A stretch of DNA of 64,000 bases from an uncultured Gemmatimonadales bacterium (GCA_963809895.1 CAWELD010000003.1:2816001-2880000); one strand, 5' to 3'. Shown: positions 21,405 to 33,434, counted from the stretch's first letter. The notes: generated from the letters alone by a model not told the origin. Numbers and translations: made by a program.

Positions 21405-22078
21405 AGCCGAGGCGTCTCGAAGCGGCGACCCAGGGAGTACACCGTCAGAAGGACCGCGAACGAGAACAGGAGCATGCCGGCCGAGAGCAGGTGCGCGGAC
21501 CCGTATTCCAGCGCCTCCACGTGGTTGTAGATGGCGGTGGACACCACCTGGGTGCGGCCAGGGATGTTGCCCCCGATCATCAGCACCACGCCGAACTCCC
21601 CCACGGTGTGGGCAAAGGCCAGGGTGGCCGCTGTGAGAAAGCCGGGGCTGGCCAGCGGAAGCACCACCGTGATGAAGCGGTCCAGCGGGGACGCGCCCAG
21701 GGTGGCCGCGGCCTCGATGGGACCGTCGCCGATGGCCCCGAAGGCGTTCTGCAGCGGCTGCACGACGAAGGGCAGCGAATAGAGGACCGATCCCACCAGC
21801 AGTCCCTGGAACGAGAAGACGAGGCGATCGCCTCCCATCCCCTCCCACAGGGCGCCCACCGGCCCGCTGGGCCCGAGGATCACCAGCAGATAGAACCCGA
21901 GCACCGTCGGTGGAAGTACCAGCGGCAGCGCGGTGACGGCCTCCACGGCGGGCCGAAAGCTCGACCGGGTCCGGGCGAGCCACCACGCCAGGGGCGCGCC
22001 CAGGAGGAGGAGCAGCACCGTGGACGCCGTCGCCAGCTCCAGGGTGACGCGGACGGCCATCCAGTCGCCTCGGGTCAT
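21401..22078 (-). CDS. modB: Molybdate ABC permease
   Basis: LPLVLPPTVLGFYLL, FAHTVGEFGVVLMIGGNIPG. Confidence 0.95.
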   Translation of the reverse strand: MTRGDWMAVRVTLELATASTVLLLLLGAPLAWWLARTRSSFRPAVEAVTALPLVLPPTVLGFYLLVILGPSGPVGALWEGMGGDRLVFSFQGLLVGSVLYSLPFVVQPLQNAFGAIGDGPIEAAATLGASPLDRFITVVLPLASPGFLTAATLAFAHTVGEFGVVLMIGGNIPGRTQVVSTAIYNHVEALEYGSAHLLSAGMLLFSFAVLLTVYSLGRRFETPRL

Positions 22079-22890
22079 GGAGTGGACACCGCCCGGTCGG
22101 GCACGGGAGCCCGGTAGCCGAAGCGCCGCAGGATGGTGGCGGCCTCCGGTCCACGGAGATAATCCAGAAAGGCCCGGGCCTGCGGCGAGTCGGCCCCCGC
22201 TCGCAGCAGGACCGCGTCCTGCCGCAGGGGCGGGTGCAGGCTGTCCGGGATCACCCGGTACGTTCCGGGCGCACGCTCCATGACCTGCGAGAGTGCCACG
22301 AAACCGACCTCGGCGGCTCCCGAGTCCACGAAGCGGAATGTCTGACCGACGTTCTCCCCCACCACGAGCCGATCTCCCACCGCGTCCAGGAGGCCCAGCC
22401 GAGCCAGCGTGGCTCGCGCTGCCGTACCATAGGGCGCCGTCTTGGGGTCCGCCACGGCGATCCGGGTCCCAGCCCGCCGCAGCAGGGACCAGGGTGGATC
22501 GGGAAGGGGTGCGTTGCCCGGCGCGTACAGGGCCATTCGTCCGGCAGCGTAGGTGAACCGCGAGCCCTCCACCGCACGGCCCCCTTCCTCCAACAGCCGG
22601 GGTCGCTCCTGGTCGGCGGACAGAAACACCTGAAACGGGGCTCCACCGAGGATCTGGGCGTAGAGCTGTCCGGTGGAGCCCACGCTGGTGCGCACCGGAA
22701 TTCCGGTGGTCTCGGTGAAGCGACGCGTGAGCGCTTCCTGGGCGGTGGCCACGTTCGCGGCAACGGCGACCGTGACCTCGGTCGCAGTGCGTTCCTCGCC
22801 CTGATCCCACGCGCACGCCTGCACGGGAGCAGTCGTCAGGATCAGGATGAAGCCGACGCCGATTCGCGCACGGAAGGGCAAGACGAGCAC
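22075..22890 (-). CDS. modA: Molybdate-binding protein (start uncertain)
   Basis: VAVAAN, GSTGQLYAQI..GAPF.VFLSAD, ADPKTAPYG, GENVGQ. Confidence 0.92.
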   Translation of the reverse strand: MLVLPFRARIGVGFILILTTAPVQACAWDQGEERTATEVTVAVAANVATAQEALTRRFTETTGIPVRTSVGSTGQLYAQILGGAPFQVFLSADQERPRLLEEGGRAVEGSRFTYAAGRMALYAPGNAPLPDPPWSLLRRAGTRIAVADPKTAPYGTAARATLARLGLLDAVGDRLVVGENVGQTFRFVDSGAAEVGFVALSQVMERAPGTYRVIPDSLHPPLRQDAVLLRAGADSPQARAFLDYLRGPEAATILRRFGYRAPVPDRAVSTP

Positions 22891-22998
22891 CTGGAAGTGG
22901 GGGGCCGGGTCACCGAGAAGGTTCGGCGCCCCGGCCGGAGGAAGCAAGCCGCGAACGAGGATGCCAGGCGCATCCCGCGTCCGCGCGGTGGCGCACGA

Positions 22999-23466
22999 TC
23001 AGCGCCGTCGACCCGTCGAATCGGATTGCGCTGACTGCGGCCGGCCGAGGACGCCCCGGTCCTCCTGCAGGAGCTCGTCGAATCGCACCTGCTGCTCGGC
23101 ATCCAGCAACACCCGGATGCGTGCGTTGGTCGAGTCGACCATGGCCTTGAGCCGGGGGCCCATCTCCCGGAACACCGCGTTGGCGGCGCTCCGCTGACGG
23201 TCCAGGATCGCCTCGACGGAGTCCTGCTGCGGGGGCGTCAGCGCGAGGCGCTCCGTGAGCCGGTCCATGACCCGGGAGCTCGCGAACGACCGCGGGTCAC
23301 CGGGCCGGCGATTGCGGTCGTCATGCTCCCGAGCTCGTTCCCGGCGCGCTTCCCACGCGGCGCGCTCGGCCCGCGCCTCCACCAGGTGGACGGCCACGCC
23401 GCCGGTCACGCCACCCACGAGAAAGAGGGTCAGCATCACGCCCGCCGCCGCCAGACGGCTGTCCAT
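22999..23466 (-). CDS. Membrane-anchored Spy/CpxP-like (LTxxQ) periplasmic protein
   Basis: N-terminal TM helix; LALTPPQQ and LDAEQQ repeats. Confidence 0.7.
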   Translation of the reverse strand: MDSRLAAAGVMLTLFLVGGVTGGVAVHLVEARAERAAWEARRERAREHDDRNRRPGDPRSFASSRVMDRLTERLALTPPQQDSVEAILDRQRSAANAVFREMGPRLKAMVDSTNARIRVLLDAEQQVRFDELLQEDRGVLGRPQSAQSDSTGRRR

Positions 23467-23468
23467 CT

Positions 23469-23837
23469 TCACCGGACCGCCTCCTCCATGGCCACCACGA
23501 CTTCGGTCACGGTGGGTTGGTATCCCGCCACGAGCCAGGCCGCCACTTCCTCGGGTACCAGCGCGCTGGCCAGGGGCGCTTCCGACGCCACCGCCTCGCC
23601 GCCACCACCGATACTCAGGAGCGCAAGCGACGCCGACAGGAGAATCGCGACCGTGGCGGCCGCCGACAGCGCGGGCCGGGACCATGCCAACAGGTTGCCG
23701 AGGAGCGTGCGCTCCCGGGCGCGCCGCTCCAACTCGTCGCCGGCGCTCGCCACGATGGACGCCACCGTCGTCTCCCACCGTCCGGGAGCAGTCAGTGGGT
23801 CCAGGGGACCCCGTCGGTCTTCGCGTGTGTCCATCAT
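23469..23837 (-). CDS. Putative single-TM anti-sigma factor
   Basis: Small protein translationally coupled (ATGA) to the ECF sigma; one central TM helix. Confidence 0.65.
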   Translation of the reverse strand: MMDTREDRRGPLDPLTAPGRWETTVASIVASAGDELERRARERTLLGNLLAWSRPALSAAATVAILLSASLALLSIGGGGEAVASEAPLASALVPEEVAAWLVAGYQPTVTEVVVAMEEAVR

Positions 23838-24409
23838 CGCCTCCATGCCATCGGGAACTCCGAGAGTCGCTCCCGGAGCGCCCGCCGGGCCACGTGCAGA
23901 TTGAAGCGGGACGAGCTCCTGGAGATGCCCAGGCTCTCCGCGACCTCCGCGTGATCGAGACCCTCCATGTCGTACAGCACGAACACGTTCCTCTGCAGTT
24001 CGGTCAGGCCCTGCAGCGCCTGCTCCAGCGTTTCCGCGAACTCCGCGTCTTCGACCCGCCGGCTCGGGTCCTCGCCGCCGGCGAGGGCGGGCAGATCGTC
24101 CAGCTGTGCCGTGGCTCGCACCGCCTCGCGAGCCCTGTAGTTGTGCGCCCGGTTCCGGACGATGGTGAGAAGCCATGCCCGGAAGCGTTCCGGCTGGCGG
24201 CACTCGTCGAGGCGCTGGAGCGCCACCAGGAAGGCGTCCTGGGATACGTCGTCGGCAGCGTCATCGTCCCGGAGTTGGCGCCACGCCACCGCGTGGGCCA
24301 CCCGGAGGTGCCGCCGAACCAGCCGTTCGAAGGCATCCCTGTCACCAGCACGGGCGCGTACGACGAGGTCCGCGTCCGTCTCGGATTCGTAGCGTTCTTC
24401 CTCCACCAC
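23834..24409 (-). CDS. ECF RNA polymerase sigma factor
   Basis: ADDVSQDAF, FRAWLLTIVRN (region 2); EVAESLGIS HTH (region 4). Confidence 0.93.
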   Translation of the reverse strand: MVEEERYESETDADLVVRARAGDRDAFERLVRRHLRVAHAVAWRQLRDDDAADDVSQDAFLVALQRLDECRQPERFRAWLLTIVRNRAHNYRAREAVRATAQLDDLPALAGGEDPSRRVEDAEFAETLEQALQGLTELQRNVFVLYDMEGLDHAEVAESLGISRSSSRFNLHVARRALRERLSEFPMAWRR

Positions 24410-24449
24410 CGACCCGGTGTGAAAGCTGCGTCAGACCCCGGAAACGTCT

Positions 24450-25667
<1,218 letters not shown>

Positions 25668-25688
25668 CGTAGATCTCTCCTCGCCAGA

Positions 25689-27128
25689 TCAGCGCATGCG
25701 GCCGCCGCCGGGGCCACCGCCACCGAACGGGCTGCCCCCGGAGCGCTCACGCATCCGGTTCAGGAATTCCTGCTGCTGGGCCTGGAGCTGTGCCGCTCCG
25801 ATGACCGCCAGCCGCTCGTCACCGTTCAGCCCTGCCACCACCTGCGTGTTGTCCCAATCGTTGAGCGCGATCGTGATCCTACGCGGCTCCGGCAGACCCT
25901 GGGCGTTCACCACGAACACCACCGCCGCGCGGGGGGCCATGGGATCGGACGCCGCCGCGCCGCGGGCGGATCCACCCTGGCCGCGCTGTCCGCCCTGTCC
26001 GCGGAAGCGGCTCATCATGGCCCGCAGCGAGTCCTGCGAGATCTCACCGCTCTGGACCTTGGCTCTCAGCGCCTGGAAGTCGGGACGCGCCTGCGCCTCC
26101 GGCTGGGCCGCGCTGTCGCCGGCCGCCGTCGATGTAGGCGTCGCCGGCTGTCGCAGCGCCGTCATGTCGATGTTGTCGGGATCGAGGCCCAGGGCCAGGG
26201 CGGCCGGGCCCACGTCCTGCATGTTCACGATGGCGTTGTTGGGCACGAGCATCACACCGGTGGCCTGGTTGATGAGAACCTCCACCTCGGCGTTCATGCC
26301 CGGCTTCAGCAGCCCGTTGCGGTTGTCCAGCGACACGATGACCGGGAACATGGTCACGTTCTGCTGCACCACGGCCTGGGGCTCGATCTTCTCCACCGCA
26401 CCCTGGAAGGTCCGGTCCGGGTAGGCCTCCACCGTCACCGTCGCCGGCATCCCCGCCCGCAGCTCACCCATGTCCGTCTCGTCCACCAGCGTGCGCACCT
26501 GCATCGCTTCCAGCGTGGCCATCACGAACAGCACCGAGCCACCGCTCACGTTCTGCGACGCCGACTGGATGACCGTCCCCTCCTCCACGTTCCGCTCCAG
26601 GATCGTCCCCGCCAGCGGGGCCCGGATCGTCACGTCGTTCATGCGCAGCTGCGCCAGATCGAAGTTCGTCTGCGCCTTCACCAGCGACGCCTGCGAGTTG
26701 GCTTCGTCCAGCGTCGCCGACTCCAGCTCCTGCTGCGTGATCACGCCCGCCGCCAGCAGCTCCTTCTGACGCTCCAGCTGCTGCTTCGAGATCGCCGCCC
26801 GCGACTTCGCCACCTCCAGGTCGGCCTTGGCCTGGTCGAAGGCGTTCTGCACGTCGCGCGGATCCACCTCCGCCAGCAGCGTGCCCGGCTGGACTTCATC
26901 GCCCACGTCCACGTGCAGCTTCAGGATCTCGCCCGACGCCTTCGACTTCACTTCCACCCGCCGGATCGGCTCCACCGTCCCCGTCGCCTCCGCCGTGATC
27001 CGCAGGTCGCCCTGCGTGGGCTGGGTCGTCTCGAAGCGGATGGCAGGCTCGGCCTCGCCGGTGGTGCAGGCGGCGGCAAAAATGCTCAGGGCCGCGGCGA
27101 TCCGGGCCCAGCGCTTGTAGATGATCAT
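25689..27128 (-). CDS. MacA-like periplasmic adaptor (membrane fusion protein), lipoprotein
   Basis: AAAC lipobox, lipoyl halves (VDVGDEV / IRAPLAG), LKPGMNA, Gly-rich insert. Confidence 0.92.
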   Translation of the reverse strand: MIIYKRWARIAAALSIFAAACTTGEAEPAIRFETTQPTQGDLRITAEATGTVEPIRRVEVKSKASGEILKLHVDVGDEVQPGTLLAEVDPRDVQNAFDQAKADLEVAKSRAAISKQQLERQKELLAAGVITQQELESATLDEANSQASLVKAQTNFDLAQLRMNDVTIRAPLAGTILERNVEEGTVIQSASQNVSGGSVLFVMATLEAMQVRTLVDETDMGELRAGMPATVTVEAYPDRTFQGAVEKIEPQAVVQQNVTMFPVIVSLDNRNGLLKPGMNAEVEVLINQATGVMLVPNNAIVNMQDVGPAALALGLDPDNIDMTALRQPATPTSTAAGDSAAQPEAQARPDFQALRAKVQSGEISQDSLRAMMSRFRGQGGQRGQGGSARGAAASDPMAPRAAVVFVVNAQGLPEPRRITIALNDWDNTQVVAGLNGDERLAVIGAAQLQAQQQEFLNRMRERSGGSPFGGGGPGGGRMR

Positions 27129-27856
27129 CGGATCGCTCCCGCGGTCTCCGTGGTGAAATCACTCTCGATGACGCCGTCGCGCAGGTGGACCTGCCGCTTG
27201 GCGTATTCGGCGATGTCGTGCTCGTGCGTCACCAGCACGATGGTCTGTCCTTCGTCGTTCAGGTCCCTCAACACCCCCATGATCTCGGCGGAGGTCGCCG
27301 AATCCAGATTGCCCGTCGGCTCGTCGGCCAGCAGCAGCGCCGGCTCGTTCACCAGCGCCCGCGCCACCGCCACCCGCTGCCGCTGGCCGCCGCTGATCTC
27401 CGGTGGCTTGTGCTCCATCCGGTCACCGAGGCCCACCAGCTCCAGCTTCTCCGCCGCCCGCCGCCGACGCTCCTTCGCGTTCATTCCCGCGTAGATCAGC
27501 GGAAGCTCCACGTTGTGCAGGCACGTCGCCCGCGGCAGAAGGTTGAAGGTCTGGAAGACGAACCCGATCAGCTGGTTCCGCACCCGCGCCAGGTCGTCGT
27601 CCCTCAGCTCACTCACCAACTGCCCGTTCAGCCAGTACTTCCCCGCCGTGGGCGTATCCAGGCACCCCAGGATGTTCATGAACGTGCTCTTGCCCGATCC
27701 CGACGGACCCATCACCGCCACGAACTCGCCCCGCCCGATCAGCAGATCCACCCCCCGCACCGCGTGCACCGTCTCCGCACCCAGCACGTAGTCCTTCACG
27801 ATCCCTTCCGTTCGAATGACCGGAACCTCGGCCACGACCTTTTCAACCTCGCTCAC
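27125..27856 (-). CDS. MacB-type ABC ATPase
   Basis: [26 protein letters not shown]. Confidence 0.95.
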   Translation of the reverse strand: MSEVEKVVAEVPVIRTEGIVKDYVLGAETVHAVRGVDLLIGRGEFVAVMGPSGSGKSTFMNILGCLDTPTAGKYWLNGQLVSELRDDDLARVRNQLIGFVFQTFNLLPRATCLHNVELPLIYAGMNAKERRRRAAEKLELVGLGDRMEHKPPEISGGQRQRVAVARALVNEPALLLADEPTGNLDSATSAEIMGVLRDLNDEGQTIVLVTHEHDIAEYAKRQVHLRDGVIESDFTTETAGAIR

Positions 27857-27932
27857 AACTCCCCCTGGATGAGGGCATGGGACTCATGACCGGTCACGCC
27901 GGGCACGGTTCTCGAGCATCGTCTATCAGGGT

Positions 27933-27958
27933 GACAGGCGGCCCCGCCGAATCATTAG
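27933..27958 (-). promoter_or_regulatory. ECF-type promoter, copy 1
   Basis: CTAA-N16-CCTGTC upstream of the ABC ATPase. Confidence 0.55.
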
Positions 27959-27982
27959 GTGGGCCCTCGACGCTCCAGCCCG

Positions 27983-28408
27983 TCAGCGCCCTCCGCCACC
28001 GCGCCGGCGCTGGGGCATCCGATCCAGGATGCGCTTCGCCACCGTCTGCTGCTCGGGCTGGAGAAGCGCCATGACCTTGTCGAGATAGGCGTCGTTGTTG
28101 GTCCGGATCTTCTCCATGACGGGACGCATCTGCTGGAATCCCCCCCCACCCCCACCGGACGCGCGCAGATCCTCGAGCTCCTTCACGTGCGGTGCGTTGG
28201 CGGCATCCAGGGAGTCCTTGAGCGCCATGGCCTTCGTCGTCTGATCGGCCGTCAGGTTCAGGCTGTCGGCCTGATCGAGGAGAAAGGCCACGGGTGACAT
28301 GGCCATGGGGCCCTGCCCACGCATACCGCCGCGCTGCTGGGCCGTGAGGGGAGCGGCGGATACCAGCGCCAGCATCATGGCGCCGCCGAAGAAGGCACGA
28401 GCTTTCAT
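27983..28408 (-). CDS. Secreted Spy/CpxP-like (LTxxQ) protein
   Basis: Signal peptide MKARAFF...LTA-Q; LNLTADQ and LQPEQ; Gly/Met/Arg-rich; hidden at the end of a longer track ORF. Confidence 0.8.
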   Translation of the reverse strand: MKARAFFGGAMMLALVSAAPLTAQQRGGMRGQGPMAMSPVAFLLDQADSLNLTADQTTKAMALKDSLDAANAPHVKELEDLRASGGGGGGFQQMRPVMEKIRTNNDAYLDKVMALLQPEQQTVAKRILDRMPQRRRGGGGR

Positions 28409-28469
28409 GGGACTCACTCCGACGAAAAAGGTCATGCACGTCATCGTGGCGATGTCGCGCGTCGGAGTA

Positions 28470-28495
28470 GACAGGTCGCAGGGGCCCGATGTTAG
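28470..28495 (-). promoter_or_regulatory. ECF-type promoter, copy 2
   Basis: CTAA-N16-CCTGTC upstream of the LTxxQ gene. Confidence 0.55.
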
Positions 28496-28530
28496 CTGGC
28501 AGCCCGTGGTGCCATTCCGGCTGCCGGACC

Positions 28531-30117
28531 CTACTCGACCACGACCTCCACCTCCACGTCGGCCCTGGAGCTCTTCATGAAGAGGACCAGAGGCATGGAG
28601 AGGAGGAAGAGGAAGGTGATCAGCCCGAACACGTGATCGTAGGCCAGAACCGCCGCCTGTCTGAGAACCGAGAGGTCCAGGATCCGCAGGGCCAACAGGT
28701 GGGCCGTACCGGGGTCGGCGCCCCTCTCCACCATCCCGCGGGTGACAGCCCCGACGAAGTGGCGCGTGGGGGCGTCGAACATGGTGTGTTGCTGCCCCAG
28801 TATGGTGTGGTTGCGAGCGATGGCGCGCGTCAGGGCGGTGGCCGACAGCGCGATCCCCACGCTGCCGAAGACCTGCCGCACCACGTTGTAGAGCCCCGTG
28901 GCCTGGGTCATCTGCGGACGCGGGATCGTAGCCAGCGCCGCCGTGGACAGGGCCACGAAGATCAGCGCGAAGCCCACGCCCTGCCACATCTGAGGAAAGA
29001 AGATGTCCCAGAACCCGACCTGTGGCGTGAGCTGGGCCAACGCCCAGAAGGAATACGCCGACACCGCCAGGCCCGAGCCCACCAGCAGCTTGGGCCCGAC
29101 CCGGTTGTAGATCCGGCCCCCGATGGGCATGACGACCGCCATGGCGAGGCTGCGGGGGATCAGCGCCTCTCCGGAGAGCATCGCCGAGTAGCCGAGCTGA
29201 TTCTGCAGGAACAGCGGAAGCAGGAAGAGGCTCCCGTAGAGCCCCATCCCCAGGATTCCACCGATGGCGGTGGCGGAGGTGAACGACTGGTCCTTGAGGA
29301 TGCGCAGGTTCACGGCAGGGCGCTCGGAGGTGATCTCCTGCACGATGAACGCCAGCAGGCCGGCTGCCGCCACGACCGCCAGCATGGTGACGAAGCCCGA
29401 CGAGAACCAATCGTTGCGCTCCCCCTGCTCCAGCATGAGCTGCAGCGCGCCCAGGCCCACGGCGAGGAGCGCCAACCCCGGCCAGTCGATGCGCCCCTTG
29501 TGGCGCTCCAGGTACGACGGATCCTCGATGTAGCGGGTCACCAGAAGCACGCTGATGATGCCCACTGGGAGGTTGACGTAGAAGACCCAGGGCCAGGAGT
29601 AGTTGTCGGTGAGCCATCCCCCCAGCGTCGGACCGATGGCGGGCGCCACCACCACTCCCATCCCGTAGAGGCCCATGGCCATGGCCTGTTCCTCCGGTGG
29701 GAACGACTCCCGGAGAATGGCCTGGGACACGGTCATGACCACGCCGGCGCCGAACCCCTGCAGGACGCGGAAGAGGACGATCAGGGGCAGCGTGCGCGAC
29801 AGCCCGCACGCCATGGACGTGAGGGTGAAGAGGACCAGGCTGAACAGGTAGAAGTTCTTGCGGCCGAAGCGCGCCGACAGCAGCGCCGTGATGGGCATCA
29901 CGATCACCTGGGCCAGGATGTAGCCGGTCACGACCCAGGTGATCGACTCCACGTTCACGCCCAGGTTCCCGGTCATGGACGGCAGAGCGACGTTGACGAT
30001 GCTGGTGTCCAGCACCGCCATGATGGTCCCGGTGAGCACGGTTCCCGCGATCACCCATTTGTGGGCGCGCATCTCGGAGACGTCAGGGTCCTCCACCGTC
30101 GGTCCAGACGAGCTCAA
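28531..30117 (-). CDS. emrB: DHA2-family MFS efflux permease (EmrB-like)
   Basis: LDTSIVNVALP, APAIGPTLGGWLTD, WVFYVNLPVG; 14-TM pattern. Confidence 0.93.
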   Translation of the reverse strand: MSSSGPTVEDPDVSEMRAHKWVIAGTVLTGTIMAVLDTSIVNVALPSMTGNLGVNVESITWVVTGYILAQVIVMPITALLSARFGRKNFYLFSLVLFTLTSMACGLSRTLPLIVLFRVLQGFGAGVVMTVSQAILRESFPPEEQAMAMGLYGMGVVVAPAIGPTLGGWLTDNYSWPWVFYVNLPVGIISVLLVTRYIEDPSYLERHKGRIDWPGLALLAVGLGALQLMLEQGERNDWFSSGFVTMLAVVAAAGLLAFIVQEITSERPAVNLRILKDQSFTSATAIGGILGMGLYGSLFLLPLFLQNQLGYSAMLSGEALIPRSLAMAVVMPIGGRIYNRVGPKLLVGSGLAVSAYSFWALAQLTPQVGFWDIFFPQMWQGVGFALIFVALSTAALATIPRPQMTQATGLYNVVRQVFGSVGIALSATALTRAIARNHTILGQQHTMFDAPTRHFVGAVTRGMVERGADPGTAHLLALRILDLSVLRQAAVLAYDHVFGLITFLFLLSMPLVLFMKSSRADVEVEVVVE

Positions 30118-30124
30118 GCCGGCC

Positions 30125-31198
30125 TCACTTCGTGGCGACGTGGGCGTAGACGGACATGCCGGGCCGCAGAGGGCGATCCTCGCCGCAGCCGCGCGTCACC
30201 TCGATGCGCACGGGCACGCGCTGAACGATCTTCGTGAAGTTCCCCGTCGCGTTGTCGGCGGGAATGAGCGCGAACTGTGAGCCGGTGGCGCCGCCGATGC
30301 TCTCCACGGTGCCCTCGGCCTCACACCCGTCGTAGGCGTCCACCTCGAGGGTGACGAGCGCGCCGGTCCGGATGGCCGCGAGCTGCGTCTCCTTGAAGTT
30401 CGCCGTCACGTGAACGCCCTCGTCGGCGACCACGGTGAGGAGGGGTTGGCCGGGCTGGAGAAGCTGGCCAGGCTCCACGGAGCGTTTCGAGACCGTGCCC
30501 GAAGCGGGGGCCACGATCCGGGTCCAGGACAGGCGCAGCGTCGCCTGCTCCACGCGGGACCGGGCCGCGGCGAGTCTGGCACGCGCCTCGTCCAGACCTG
30601 CCCGCGCCGTACGGATGGCCGCCTGGGCGGCGGTCTGTTGCTCTTCCAGGGCGCGCACGCGAGCCGCCGCCGCTTCATCGGCGGCCTGAGCCGCATCGCG
30701 TTGCTGCTGGGAGATGATCTCCTTGCCGGCGAGGGTCTCGGCCCTCTCGAGATCGCGATGGGCCTTCGTGGCGTCGGCCCCGGCGGCGGCCAGCTGCGCC
30801 TTCAACGCCGCGGCTTCGCCCCGGGCCTGCTCGACCCGGGCCTGAGCCTGCCCCGGCATCTGGTCCGTGCCCGCCGTCGCCTCGGCCGCAGCCAGCTCCG
30901 CCTGCGCCTGGGCCAGTTGCTGGGACAGCTCGTCCGGCTCGAGAGACACCAGCAGGTCCCCGCGCTCCACGTGCTGGTTTTCCGTGACCGCCACGTCGAG
31001 GACCGTGCCCCCGACCCGGGCCAGCACCGGCACCATGTGACCGCCCACGAACGCATCGTCGGTGGATTCGTGCGTCTCGTGGTAGCGCCACTTCGTGAAG
31101 CCCCAACCCGCGAGTGCCACGAAGGCCAACCCGGCCACCGTCAGGATGGCCACCTTGCGGGGGGATCGCGTGGAGGGCGTCGTATCGTCCTTGCTCAT
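30125..31198 (-). CDS. emrA: HlyD-family adaptor (EmrA-like)
   Basis: ESTDDAFV, ANFKETQL, NATGNFTKIVQRVPVRI. Confidence 0.95.
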   Translation of the reverse strand: MSKDDTTPSTRSPRKVAILTVAGLAFVALAGWGFTKWRYHETHESTDDAFVGGHMVPVLARVGGTVLDVAVTENQHVERGDLLVSLEPDELSQQLAQAQAELAAAEATAGTDQMPGQAQARVEQARGEAAALKAQLAAAGADATKAHRDLERAETLAGKEIISQQQRDAAQAADEAAAARVRALEEQQTAAQAAIRTARAGLDEARARLAAARSRVEQATLRLSWTRIVAPASGTVSKRSVEPGQLLQPGQPLLTVVADEGVHVTANFKETQLAAIRTGALVTLEVDAYDGCEAEGTVESIGGATGSQFALIPADNATGNFTKIVQRVPVRIEVTRGCGEDRPLRPGMSVYAHVATK

Positions 31199-31237
31199 TC
31201 CAGGTTCTCCGTAGGTTCCTGCGTCTCGCCGTTCGGC

Positions 31238-32605
31238 TCAGTGGATTTGCCGGGCCTCGCCCGACGCGGCCGCCAACGTCACCCGCGCGGACTCGTACGC
31301 GGCTCGGGCGTCCACCTCGGCCGTGCGGGCCTCGTTCAGTCGGAGGGCGGCGCTCACCACGTCGGCGTTGCCCGCCACACCGGCCTGGAACCTCTCCCGT
31401 GCCTGATCGTACTCGGCCTGGGCCAGGTCCAGGCGGGCCCGGGCCGCTCCGATGCGCTGGGCCGCGGCGGTGAGCTCGAGCCGTGCGGAACGCACCTCGA
31501 ACGCGACCTGCTCGTGGATGTCGCGCCGGCGGGCCTCCCAGGTCGAGATCTCGGCGTGTTTTTCCTGCTGGCGCGCGCTCCGGTCGAAGCCGTCGAACAG
31601 GGGCACCGTGGCCTGGATGGCCCAGGTGTAGGTGTTCAGCATGCGGTCGTAGCTGCCACCGAAGAAGCCGTCGTCGGCCACCAAGGACAGGCGTGGCAGC
31701 CGCTCCGCCCGGATCGCGGCGCTCTCCAGGCGTGCGGCGTGGAGCTCCTGGTCCAACACCCGCACCTCCGCCCGGTTGGCGAGCGCCGACTCCACGGTGC
31801 GATCCACCGGTGGAATCGCCGCCGTATCGGGGATGGCGCCCGGGAGCGAGTCCGCCAGCGTGATTCCGGCGTCCAGGGGCAGGTCGAGGGCTCTCAGGAG
31901 CGCCAGGCGAGCCTTGCGAGCGTCGGCCTGCGCGGTGATGCGCTGTGCCTGCATGCCGGCCAGTTGGGCCTGGGCACGGGTCACGTCGAGCCGCACTCCG
32001 ACGCCGGCGTCCAGGACGTCGGTGGCGATGTCCACCAGCTCGGCGGCCAGCGTCACGCCCTCGTCGGCCGCTTCCAGGCGTGCCTGCGCCCGCAGGTCCT
32101 GCACGTACGAAAGGGCGGCGCCCACGGCCGCCGTCTCTTCGGCCTGGGACTCGCGCTCGCGACTCGCGGCCAGCGAAGCCCGCGCTCCCTTCACCCGCTC
32201 GACAGCGCTCCAGTCGAAGAGGGTCTGCTGCAGGGTTCCCCGGGCGTCCACGGTCTGCACGGGGCCCACCACTTCTCCCCGCGGATCGAAGAGCGGAGGC
32301 TGGCCCTCGGGAGCGGGGAATTCCAGCCCGAAGCTCGCCGTGTTGAAGGTGCGCCCCAGACGTTGTGCCGTGACCGAGAGGTCCGGCAGCAGCGACGCCC
32401 GCTCCTGCACCACCCGGGACGATGCCCCCGAGGTGGCCAACTGGGCTTCCTCCACGCCCGCGCTGCGCTGGGCGGCCATGGAGACCGCATCGGCCAGCGT
32501 CAGCCTGAGGGTGTCGCCGGCGCCCGCCGCCTGGGCCCGAAGCGGGCCTGGGGTGGCACCGACCACGAAGCACACGAGGCCCATTGTGGTAACTCGCCCG
32601 GTCAT
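31238..32605 (-). CDS. TolC-family outer-membrane channel
   Basis: LTLADAV, LLPDLS, PLFDGF; two outer-membrane efflux repeats; ATGA overlap with tetR. Confidence 0.9.
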   Translation of the reverse strand: MTGRVTTMGLVCFVVGATPGPLRAQAAGAGDTLRLTLADAVSMAAQRSAGVEEAQLATSGASSRVVQERASLLPDLSVTAQRLGRTFNTASFGLEFPAPEGQPPLFDPRGEVVGPVQTVDARGTLQQTLFDWSAVERVKGARASLAASRERESQAEETAAVGAALSYVQDLRAQARLEAADEGVTLAAELVDIATDVLDAGVGVRLDVTRAQAQLAGMQAQRITAQADARKARLALLRALDLPLDAGITLADSLPGAIPDTAAIPPVDRTVESALANRAEVRVLDQELHAARLESAAIRAERLPRLSLVADDGFFGGSYDRMLNTYTWAIQATVPLFDGFDRSARQQEKHAEISTWEARRRDIHEQVAFEVRSARLELTAAAQRIGAARARLDLAQAEYDQARERFQAGVAGNADVVSAALRLNEARTAEVDARAAYESARVTLAAASGEARQIH

Positions 32606-33252
32606 TCGGTCCTCCGCGACGGGGGCACGGTCCCCAGGGCAGTGAAGTAGAAGTCCATGATCTCTTGCAGCACTTCGTCGTCGGTTCGTGATCCGAGGTC
32701 CGAGATGAGCTCGCGTCGGGCGCTCCACACCGCGTGTTTGATGAGCAGCGCCAACAGCATGCGAGCCCTCACCACCGCATCCCCTTCGCTGAACTCCCCC
32801 GCGCGCACCCCCTCTCGGAGGAGGGGTTGGGCGACCTCCGCGAGCGGCACACGGACTTCGCGGGCGTACTCCCGTATCAGCTCGGGAAAGGCGTTCACCT
32901 CCGCGAGCGCCAAGCGATACACGGCATCGAACTCGGCGGAACGGAGCTGCCGCCAGTATCCCGACACGAACGCCTCCAGGCGCTCCGCGTTCGTCCCCTC
33001 GTCGGGGATGTCGGCGGCCGCACCCATGAGGCCCGCGATCCTCGCGAGGATCATCTCGCGAAAGAGCTCGACCTTGCTGGGGAAGTAGAGGTAGACCGTG
33101 GCCTTGGACACGCCGGCACGTTCCGCGATGTCCTCGACGCGGGCCGCCTCCAGCCCGTGGGCCGAGAAGACCGACAGCGCCGCGTCCATGATCTGCCCAG
33201 GCCGCTGATCCGGCTGTCGCCGCCAGCGAGGCTCTTCAACGGGGGTCGTCAT
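32602..33252 (-). CDS. TetR/AcrR-family regulator
   Basis: ARVEDIAERAGVSKATVYLYFPSK. Confidence 0.94.
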   Translation of the reverse strand: MTTPVEEPRWRRQPDQRPGQIMDAALSVFSAHGLEAARVEDIAERAGVSKATVYLYFPSKVELFREMILARIAGLMGAAADIPDEGTNAERLEAFVSGYWRQLRSAEFDAVYRLALAEVNAFPELIREYAREVRVPLAEVAQPLLREGVRAGEFSEGDAVVRARMLLALLIKHAVWSARRELISDLGSRTDDEVLQEIMDFYFTALGTVPPSRRTE

Positions 33253-33265
33253 GGCTCCAGTAACT

Positions 33266-33281
33266 AACTGACCAGTCAGTT
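33266..33281. promoter_or_regulatory. Probable TetR operator
   Basis: Palindrome AACTGAC-CA-GTCAGTT 13 nt upstream of the tetR start, in an AT-rich patch. Confidence 0.75.
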
Positions 33282-33434
33282 TTAACGAATTCAGAAGCTA
33301 ACGACGACCACGTTCCTGATCAACGGGGCCCCACCGCCACCGGGTCCGGGCGATGGGACCCCTCCGCAACTCTGGGGTAAGGGGTAGCGAATGCCGGCAG
33401 AGCCGGCAGCAATCCCTGCACAGGAGGAACCGAG

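Noticed and set aside
22950..22978. Possible sigma54 promoter (TGGCAT...TTCGC) before modA
   Set aside because: GG-to-GC spacing is 11 nt rather than the required 10 nt
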